From positions 1 through 18,033 of the forward strand of contig PLCF01000075.1 of NCBI GenBank assembly GCA_003135555.1: a stretch of DNA of 18,033 bases, given 5' to 3'. The position numbers and the translations under genes were made by a program. Positions 8,374-14,889 of the stretch are shown here, in pieces; the stretch's first letter is position 1; every line of letters starts with the position of its first letter. The notes beneath the pieces were generated by a model. That model did not search any database. It was not told where the DNA came from and saw nothing but the letters and a program-made list of their open reading frames with translations. This DNA is from Vulcanimicrobiota bacterium. GTDB taxonomy: Bacteria > Vulcanimicrobiota > Vulcanimicrobiia > Vulcanimicrobiales > Vulcanimicrobiaceae.

Positions 8374-8453
8374 GGGCGAATAGAGATGAGCAGCATGAGA
8401 AGCTGCCGGGCTACTCCTGCTCTCATCGAATTCCCATTTCCTTCTCAGGAAAT
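8374..8453 (-). promoter_or_regulatory. Structured leader / palindromic site upstream of the receptor gene
   Basis: Perfect palindrome ATTTCCT-N4-AGGAAAT at 8436-8453, plus an adjacent long imperfect hairpin at 8374-8435 (core GATGAG...CTCATC, 8385-8427) ending 7 nt before the SD. Function not established. Confidence 0.5.
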
Positions 8454-8507
8454 ACGGAGGTGGCTGCCGGCGGCCGGAAAGGACGGGGCCATTTCCTGGG
8501 CCCGGGG

Positions 8508-9590
8508 TTACGCGGTCGCGAGCGCTAGGTCGGTTCGCCGGTTCCAGTACGTGTCGCGCAGCACGGGCGTGAAGCCGGCCCCGCGGACGATCCCTTCGAC
8601 TTGGGCGCGGGTCGCCTCGTTCGTGCTGCCGGCATCGTGGACGACCTGCTCCTCGATGATCGTGCCGCCCATATCGTCGCAGCCGTAGAAGAGGGCGAGT
8701 TGCCCCAGCTTGAGTCCCGGAGTCAGCCAGGACGCCTGCAGGTGCGGGACGTTGTCCAGAAACAGCCGAGCGACCGCCAGGACCCTTAGGTACTCGAGGC
8801 CGCTCGCCTCGCTTCCGCGCAGCGGGGTCTTGTACGGTACGTAGTACCAGGGGATGAACGCCGTGAAGCCGCCGGTCTCATCCTGCAGATCGCGGATCAC
8901 CCGCAGGTGCTCGATCCGCTCCGCGTCGGTCTCGATCGACCCGAACATCATCGTCGCGGTCGTGGGCATCCCCAGCTGCTGCGCCTCGCGCATCACGCCG
9001 ATCCAGCCCTCGGGGACGATTTTGCGGGCGCTGATCCGCTTGCGGACGCGTTCGACCAGAATCTCGGCCCCGGCGCCGGGGAGCGACTTGAGCCCGGCGG
9101 CCTTGAGCCGCAATAGGACCTCGCGGACGCTCGTCTGCTCGATCGCCGCCAGGCCGGCGATCTCGGAGACCGACAGCGAGTGGATGTCGACGTTGGGGTA
9201 CTCCGCGGCGACCCGGCGGAAGAGCTGCTCGAACCACGCGATACCGAGCGCGGGGTTGACCCCGCCCTGGATCATGATCTGCGTCGCGCCCTGCTCCGCC
9301 GCGAAGCGCACGCGCTCCAGTACCGTGTCGTGCGACATCGTGTAGCCTTCACGATGGTGCTCCGGCCGGAAGAACGCGCAGAACGTGCAGTGGACGTTGC
9401 AGACGTTGGTATAGTTGATCGTCGTGTCGACCACGTAGGTCACGTCGTCGCCCGGATAGAGCGCCATGCGGCGCGCGTGCGCCGCCGCGCCGAGATCGTG
9501 GAGCGGCGCGTCGCGGTACAACCGCAGACCTTCGTCCGCGCTCAAGCGGCCGCCGGCGGCGGCGCGGTCCAGGGTGTCAGCGAGCGACAT
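8508..9590 (-). CDS. mqnC: Cyclic dehypoxanthine futalosine synthase (radical SAM)
   Basis: VTYVVDTTINYTNVCNVHCTFCAFFR (CxxxCxxC), QIMIQGGVNP, SLPGAGAEILVERVR, TTATMMFGSIE, LQDETGGFTAFIPW, HLQASW, DMGGTIIEEQVV. Clustered with mqnA and mqnE. Confidence 0.9.
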   Translation of the reverse strand: MSLADTLDRAAAGGRLSADEGLRLYRDAPLHDLGAAAHARRMALYPGDDVTYVVDTTINYTNVCNVHCTFCAFFRPEHHREGYTMSHDTVLERVRFAAEQGATQIMIQGGVNPALGIAWFEQLFRRVAAEYPNVDIHSLSVSEIAGLAAIEQTSVREVLLRLKAAGLKSLPGAGAEILVERVRKRISARKIVPEGWIGVMREAQQLGMPTTATMMFGSIETDAERIEHLRVIRDLQDETGGFTAFIPWYYVPYKTPLRGSEASGLEYLRVLAVARLFLDNVPHLQASWLTPGLKLGQLALFYGCDDMGGTIIEEQVVHDAGSTNEATRAQVEGIVRGAGFTPVLRDTYWNRRTDLALATA

Positions 9591-10392
9591 GCGCGTCCTC
9601 CCGCACGTCGTCCCGAGGCGCTCGCAGCGCCGCGAAACGCTCCAGGCCTCGTTCGGCGCGCGGCCCGAGCCGGTACGACAGCCGCATGAAGTAGTCTTCG
9701 TAGAGCGCGCGATGGTACGGACGCGCCGCGACCGCCGCGTCGATCACGGCGCCGCGGTTGGTCTCGCCCCAGGCGCGCGCGGCGACGAGCGCGTCGCACA
9801 GCGACGCCACCTCGGCCGGACGCGCGTCGAGCGTTTCGCGCCGCACCGCCCAAACGGCGAATACGAACGGCAGACCCGTCGACGCATGCCACGCTTCGCC
9901 CAGGTCGTGGACGTGCGCGGGCGGCAGCTCGGCCCGCACCGCAAGCGCTTCGTCGCCGATCACCAGCGCCGGGCGTCCGGCGCGCGCGACGGCGAGCGCA
10001 TCGTCGACGGTCTCGTAGCGCGGGCGTACGCCGGGGAAACCGGCGAGCAGCATCGCGAGCAGCGCGCGACCCGAGGCGGAGTGCGAGGTCACGGCGATCG
10101 TCGCGTCGCCGAGCAGCGCCGGCGCTGTGGGCGACACGAACAGCACGGTCCGCACCGGCCCGTCGGCGGCGATGCACAGATCCGCCAAGCGCACGAACCG
10201 GTCGCGGTGCGCGAGGTAGTGGGCCGCGCTGATCGCGCCGGCATCGATCGACCCGTCCGACATCGCGGCGTTCAGCAGCGCCGGCACCGCACCGACGACC
10301 TCGACGTCGCGCGTGACGGCGCCGGCGTCGAACGCCGTTTCAACGGGCGCGACGTTGACGTAGGGTATGCGGCCGTACCGCAGCTTTGCCAC
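9577..10392 (-). CDS. mqnA: Chorismate dehydratase (menaquinone futalosine pathway)
   Basis: GRIPYVNVAP, VPALLN, CIAADGPVRTV, LVIGDEAL, DLGEAWHASTGLPFVFAVWAVR and YFMRLSYRLG are MqnA-family motifs. GTG start 5 bp after the mqnE stop; overlaps the mqnC start by 14 nt. Confidence 0.88.
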   Translation of the reverse strand: MAKLRYGRIPYVNVAPVETAFDAGAVTRDVEVVGAVPALLNAAMSDGSIDAGAISAAHYLAHRDRFVRLADLCIAADGPVRTVLFVSPTAPALLGDATIAVTSHSASGRALLAMLLAGFPGVRPRYETVDDALAVARAGRPALVIGDEALAVRAELPPAHVHDLGEAWHASTGLPFVFAVWAVRRETLDARPAEVASLCDALVAARAWGETNRGAVIDAAVAARPYHRALYEDYFMRLSYRLGPRAERGLERFAALRAPRDDVREDAHVAR

Positions 10393-10397
10393 CGCGC

Positions 10398-11552
10398 TCA
10401 GACGCCCGCCCCGGCCAGCTCGCGGTCGGGGATCCCGTCCTCGGGCTTCCAGTCGTGCGGAAACGTCTCGTACGTCGAGTTGCGCCGCACCGGGACGTAG
10501 CCGGCCTCTTCGATGAGCCGCCGGAACTCACGGTCGTCGACGTGCTGGCCCGACAGGGTCCCGGCGCTGTGATAGATCAGCTCCTCGTCGGACGAGCCGT
10601 GCGTGCCGTCCATGTCGTCGGCGCCGAACTCGAGCGCGAGCTGACAGACTTTCAGCCCCTGGATCATCCAGTACGCTTTGATGTGATCGAAGTTGTCGAG
10701 CATCAGGCGCGCGACGGCGAACATGCGAATGTCGTCGAGCCCCGACGTCCAGCCGTGATGCGAGAGCGCGTTGCCGTCGGGATGGAACGCGAGCGGGATG
10801 AACGCGTTGAAGCCCGGCGAGCGCCGCTGCGACTCGCGCAGCATGATCAGGTGCTCGACGCGCTCTTCGAGCGTCTCGATCGTGCCGTAGAGCATCGTCG
10901 CGTTGGACGCGACGCCGTGCCGGTGCAGCGTCTCGTGGATCTCGAGCCAGTGCGCCGCGTCGACCTTGTTCGGGCAGACCGCTTTGCGGAAGCGCTCGCT
11001 GAACACTTCGGCCCCGCCGCCGTTTACGTTGTCGAGGCCGGCGTCGCGCAGGCGCCGGCAGATCTCGTCGTACGAGAGGCGATGCCGGCGCGCCATGTAG
11101 TCGATCTCGGCGGCCGTGAAGAGCGAGAGCTGAACGTGCGGCAGCTGCTCTTTCAACCGGCGCATCAGCGGCAGCCAGTAGTCCAGCGACAGCTGGCGCG
11201 GGTCGTGACCCCCGACGATGTGGACCTGATTGAAGTTGGTGCCGGTCTCGAGCGTCTTGGCGACCACCTCGTCGGCCGACATGCGAACCATGTCGGCGTC
11301 CTTCTCGTCCCGGGCGAACGAGCAGAACGTGCAGTTCGCGTAGCAGACGTTCGTGGAGTTGATGTAGCGGTTGAGGACGTAATAGACGTTCTTGCCGCTC
11401 TTGCGTTCCTTCGCCGTTTTGGCGAGCCGTCCGAGCGTGTGGAGGTCCGCGGTTCGGAACAGTGTCAGCCCGTCATCGAGATCGAGCGAGAGCCCGGCCT
11501 CGAGCTTGGCCTCGACGGCCGGGAGGGCGCGGTCGGTGATTCTCACGGACAT
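10398..11552 (-). CDS. mqnE: Aminofutalosine synthase (radical SAM)
   Basis: C-terminal 384 aa of ORF 10398..12860, from ATG 11552 (MSVRITDRAL). Motifs YYVLNRYINSTNVCYANCTFCSFAR, VHIVGG, GGGAEVF, WLEIHETLH, SNATMLYGTIE, AFIPLAFHP, ARLMLDNFDHIKAYW, FGADDMDGT are MqnE-specific. Confidence 0.92.
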   Translation of the reverse strand: MSVRITDRALPAVEAKLEAGLSLDLDDGLTLFRTADLHTLGRLAKTAKERKSGKNVYYVLNRYINSTNVCYANCTFCSFARDEKDADMVRMSADEVVAKTLETGTNFNQVHIVGGHDPRQLSLDYWLPLMRRLKEQLPHVQLSLFTAAEIDYMARRHRLSYDEICRRLRDAGLDNVNGGGAEVFSERFRKAVCPNKVDAAHWLEIHETLHRHGVASNATMLYGTIETLEERVEHLIMLRESQRRSPGFNAFIPLAFHPDGNALSHHGWTSGLDDIRMFAVARLMLDNFDHIKAYWMIQGLKVCQLALEFGADDMDGTHGSSDEELIYHSAGTLSGQHVDDREFRRLIEEAGYVPVRRNSTYETFPHDWKPEDGIPDRELAGAGV

Positions 11553-11612
11553 CGTATTCGAGTATCCCCCCAAGAGCCCGGCTTCCGCGATGACAAAAAG
11601 AGGACCGCTGCA

Positions 11613-12491
11613 GTGATCCGCGCCCCGCTCCCGGCCCAGGACGGTCCTGCTCCGCGCACGTTCGCGCGCGACGTCGTGCGCCGTTTTCGGTCCGGGCCCG
11701 GCGCGTTGGCGGGCGCGGCCATCGTGCTGGTCATCGTGCTCCTCGCGGTCGCCGGGCCGTTCGTGGTGGGGTCCGATCCGCTCGCGCAGCACGTCGCCGA
11801 GGGCGCGCGCGCGCCGTCGGCCGCCCACCCCTTCGGGACCGACAAGCTCGGCCGCGACGTCCTGGCGCGGATCCTCTCCGGGGCGCGGATCTCGATCCGC
11901 ATCGGGTTCCTGGCGGTCGGTCTGGCGATCACGGCCGGGACCCTGATCGGCCTGGTCGCCGGCTACGCCGGGAAACGGGTCGAGGGCCTCTTGATGGGCG
12001 CCATGGACGTCATGCTGGCGTTCCCTTCGATCATCCTCGCCATCGCGATCACGACGGTCCTCGGGCCGAGCATCAACAACCTCATGCTGGCGGTCGGCAT
12101 CGTCTACGTTCCTCAATACGCGCGTCTGGCGCGGTCCTCGGTCTTGGCGGTCAAGGAGCAGGACTACGTCGAGGCGGCCCGTGCAATCGGCGCCGGGGTG
12201 CCGGCGATTCTGGCTCGCCACGTGCTGCCCAACATCCTCGCCCCGCTGCTGGTCCAAGCGACCCTCGGGGTCGCGACGGCCGAGCTCGAGGCCGCGGGGC
12301 TGTCGTATCTGGGCCTGGGCGCGCGGCCCCCGGCGCCGGAGTGGGGCGCGATGCTCAACGACGCCCGCGACTACTGGCTCTCGGCCCCGTGGGCGCTGGT
12401 CTTTCCGGGCCTCTCGATCACCTTGCTGGTGCTGGGCTTCAACTTGCTCGGCGACGGCCTGCGCGACGCCCTCGACCCCAACCAAAACTAG
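11613..12491 (+). CDS. ABC transporter permease, DppC/OppC (peptide/nickel) family
   Basis: GTG 11613 preceded by AGAGGA. PSAAHPFGTDKLGRDVLARILSGARIS, EAA loop YVEAARAIGA...ILARHVLPN, LSYLGLG..PPAPEWGAML, GFNLLGDGLRDALDP. Confidence 0.92.
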   Translation: MIRAPLPAQDGPAPRTFARDVVRRFRSGPGALAGAAIVLVIVLLAVAGPFVVGSDPLAQHVAEGARAPSAAHPFGTDKLGRDVLARILSGARISIRIGFLAVGLAITAGTLIGLVAGYAGKRVEGLLMGAMDVMLAFPSIILAIAITTVLGPSINNLMLAVGIVYVPQYARLARSSVLAVKEQDYVEAARAIGAGVPAILARHVLPNILAPLLVQATLGVATAELEAAGLSYLGLGARPPAPEWGAMLNDARDYWLSAPWALVFPGLSITLLVLGFNLLGDGLRDALDPNQN

Positions 12492-12494
12492 CAG

Positions 12495-12513
12495 CGCCGG
12501 CTTGTTGCCGGCG
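12495..12513 (+). terminator. Possible weak terminator hairpin after the permease
   Basis: CGCCGGC-TTGTT-GCCGGCG 3 nt after the stop codon, followed by AGACTTTGTGTT (displaced, imperfect U-tract). Confidence 0.35.
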
Positions 12514-12562
12514 AGACTTTGTGTTACAAAGCGTACATCACCATCGCTTTGTGAGGCAGAGT
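12502..12562 (+). promoter_or_regulatory. Putative sigma70-type promoter and tandem palindromic operator for the creD-like gene
   Basis: CTTTGT-GTT-ACAAAG (12517-12531) and CTTTGT-GAG-GCAGAG (12547-12561), exactly 30 bp apart. Candidate -35 TTGTTG (12502-12507), 17-bp spacer, -10 TACAAA (12525-12530). Confidence 0.6.
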
Positions 12563-12564
12563 TC

Positions 12565-13746
12565 GTGCTGAGCGCCAAGTACCTGTTCGGAATCTTCTGC
12601 GTGGTACTGGCCGCGGCGGTGGGCTGGTCCGTGCTCGGCGGCACCCTGGTGGTGCGAACCGAGCAGTCCGACAGCGCGCAGCGTAACGCGCTGGGCACGC
12701 TGTGGGGCACCGAGCTCGAGCAGCGCCCGCCCAGCTTTACGTTCGTCAGGAACGAGCGCAACCGCGGGACGGTGACGTACGATGTCGCGCCGGCCTCCTC
12801 GCGGATCACCGTCGACCTCGCGCTCGACCTGCGACGCAAGGGGCTGCTGTGGTACAACACCTACGGTGTCGCGTTCTCAGGAACGTATCGCGTGACGAAC
12901 CGGGCCTCGCGCGGATCGCTGGAGATGGCGTTCCCGCTGCCGTCGGAGACAGCGACCTACGACGACGTGGCGGTCCTAGTCGCCGGCCGTCGCGTCGCGG
13001 CGTCGAGCAGCGGCGGGAAGCTGCTCACCACGATCCCCCTCGTGCCTGGGCGCGACGCGACCGTCACGGTACGGTACCGCTCACGCGGACTCGGTACGTG
13101 GCAGTATCGTTTCGCGAACGAGGTCACCACGGTGCGCGATCTCATCCTGACGATGCGCACGAACTTCCCGGCGATCGACTTCCCGGCGCGGACGCTCGCA
13201 CCAACCGCCGAGCGCCCCACCACGACCGGCTGGGCGCTGACCTGGGCGTACCGCGAGCTGGTGACCGGCGCCGGGATCGGGATGGCGTTTCCGATGCCGT
13301 TGCAGCCGGGGCCGCTGGCGCAGCGGATCACCTTCTGGGCACCGCTCTCGCTGCTGTTCTACGTCTTCGTCATGCTGGTGATCACGACGCTGCGGCGCAT
13401 CGAGCTGCACCCGCTCAATTACCTCTTCCTGGCCGCTGCCTTCTTCGCGTTCCACCTGCTCTTCGCGTACACCGTCGACCGGATCCCCGTCGAGTACGCG
13501 TTCGTGCTGTGCGCGGTCGTTTCGATGGCGCTGACCATCTCGTACCTGCGCCTGGTCGTCGGGCTGCGCTTCGCCGCGGTCGAGGCCGCTGCGGCGCAAT
13601 TCTTCTACCTGATCCTGTTCTCGCTGGCGCTCTTCGACGAGGGCTACAGCGGTCTCTCGATCACCGTCGGCGCGATCGTCACGCTGTTCGTGACCATGCA
13701 GCTAACCGGGCGCATCCGCTGGTCCGAGCGGTTCGCGAAAAAGTAG
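12565..13746 (+). CDS. Inner membrane CreD-family protein
   Basis: GTG 12565 with GAGG upstream. One N-terminal TM helix, an extracytoplasmic domain (ALGTLWG..LEQ, RRKGLLWYNTY), then about 6 C-terminal TM helices with IELHPLNYLFLAAAFFAFHLLFAY and ...LFVTMQLTGRIRW. These resemble the CreD motifs HPxQY.L.G.A...F.LL and M..TR..DW. Confidence 0.75.
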   Translation: MLSAKYLFGIFCVVLAAAVGWSVLGGTLVVRTEQSDSAQRNALGTLWGTELEQRPPSFTFVRNERNRGTVTYDVAPASSRITVDLALDLRRKGLLWYNTYGVAFSGTYRVTNRASRGSLEMAFPLPSETATYDDVAVLVAGRRVAASSSGGKLLTTIPLVPGRDATVTVRYRSRGLGTWQYRFANEVTTVRDLILTMRTNFPAIDFPARTLAPTAERPTTTGWALTWAYRELVTGAGIGMAFPMPLQPGPLAQRITFWAPLSLLFYVFVMLVITTLRRIELHPLNYLFLAAAFFAFHLLFAYTVDRIPVEYAFVLCAVVSMALTISYLRLVVGLRFAAVEAAAAQFFYLILFSLALFDEGYSGLSITVGAIVTLFVTMQLTGRIRWSERFAKK

Positions 13747-13758
13747 CGGCCATGGGCA

Positions 13759-14832
13759 TCACAAGCTGGACCACACGTCGAGCTTGGTCTTGACTTTGAC
13801 GATGACGGCATCGGTGAACTCCGTCGTCGACGCGTCTCCGCCCAGGTCGCTCGTCGCGATCCCCGCGCGCACCGTCTCGAGCACCGACTCGTACAAGGCG
13901 CGCGAGGCGCTGCCGGCGCGCCGGTCGTCGACGAAGACCAGCAGCGCGGCGACGGCGAGGATCATCGCCATCGGGTTCGCGACGTTCTTCCCGAACAGCC
14001 GCGGCGCGGTACCATGCGGCGCCTCGGTCATCACGACGTCGGGCTTGCCGTCGGGCCTGAACGACATCACGGTCGACTCGGCGCCGGCGATCGAGCCGAA
14101 CAGCTGCATCACCAGATCGGAGAGGCAGTCGCCGTCGCGGTTGAGCGCCGGGATGACCAGCGCGTCGCCGGCGCTCGAGATCAGCAGCGCGTAGGTCGCG
14201 TCGATGAGCTGCGGTTCGTACTCCACGTCGGGATAGCGGGCCGCGGCGGCGTCCATCTCTTCTTTGAGCATCCCCTCGTACACCGGGCTGACGGTGAACT
14301 TCGGGCCGCCGAAGACTTTCGCGCTCATCCGGCGCGCGTGCTGGAACGCGTACTCGGCCACGACGCGGCAGGTCGAGCGCTCGATCCGCTCGGTGCGAAA
14401 CGCGATCTCGTCGTCGCCCTGCTGCTCGCGCCACTCTTTGGCGCCGTAGGCGTCCCCGACGGCCATGCGCACGACCGAGATCGGCGCATGGATCCCCGCG
14501 ATGGGCCGGACGCCGGGGATGCGCCGTCCGGTCCGCACGATCACCTTTCCGTCGATCGCCCGGCGCAAGAGCGCGTTGGGCGAGCCGACGTCGCCGCTGG
14601 TCTCGGGCGTGATCGTCGCAGCCTTCAAACCGAGCTTGGTCCGCTTCATCGCGGCGGCGGCTTCGAGCACGACGGCGTTGTTGGTCGCGCGGCGTCGCTC
14701 GAGCGACAGATCGTAGCGCTCGAGGTCGACCTCGAAGCCGACGACGTCGGGCGCGAGAACGCGCAACGATTCGACGAGCAGCTCTTGGCCGGTCTGGTCG
14801 CCTTCCAGGACGACGATCGAGGGTCTGGACAC
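13759..14832 (-). CDS. Isocitrate/isopropylmalate dehydrogenase family protein, probably isocitrate dehydrogenase
   Basis: From GTG 14832: IVVLEGDQTGQE, GLKAATITP, GSPNALLR, VRMAVGDAYG, LIDA, NRDGDCLSDL, EAPHGTAP..GKNVANPMAMILA, TSDLGG..STTEFTDAVI. Confidence 0.88.
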   Translation of the reverse strand: MSRPSIVVLEGDQTGQELLVESLRVLAPDVVGFEVDLERYDLSLERRRATNNAVVLEAAAAMKRTKLGLKAATITPETSGDVGSPNALLRRAIDGKVIVRTGRRIPGVRPIAGIHAPISVVRMAVGDAYGAKEWREQQGDDEIAFRTERIERSTCRVVAEYAFQHARRMSAKVFGGPKFTVSPVYEGMLKEEMDAAAARYPDVEYEPQLIDATYALLISSAGDALVIPALNRDGDCLSDLVMQLFGSIAGAESTVMSFRPDGKPDVVMTEAPHGTAPRLFGKNVANPMAMILAVAALLVFVDDRRAGSASRALYESVLETVRAGIATSDLGGDASTTEFTDAVIVKVKTKLDVWSSL

Positions 14833-14889
14833 GGCCAGCCCGGTTCGCGCAAAGGTGCGCGGCCCCTCGGAACGGGAAGGTCCGGTGTA

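Noticed and set aside
8423..8437. Tiny upstream ORF MGIR* and the overlapping 213-aa ORF 7785..8426 on the minus strand as leader peptides
   Set aside because: SD spacing is poor for the tiny ORF, there is no regulatory codon run, and the long ORF is an off-frame Arg-rich shadow.
8400..8445. Cobalamin riboswitch-like start (GGGAAnnnGnTGAGA on the minus strand) upstream of a TonB receptor
   Set aside because: No GG/CC pairing around the T-loop, no CCCGCnACTGT, no B12 box, and too little space before the start codon.
8508..11552. Calling the two radical SAM genes cofG/cofH (F420 biosynthesis) or a novel RiPP system
   Set aside because: The intervening mqnA and the MqnE/MqnC-specific motifs identify the futalosine pathway. 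There is no SPASM domain or precursor peptide.
10386..12860. Apparent long overlapping ORFs: 701 aa (+) and 820 aa (-), suggesting fusions
   Set aside because: Each is a real gene (permease from 11613, mqnE from 11552) extended upstream through the antisense of its divergent neighbour. Family homology starts only at the internal starts.
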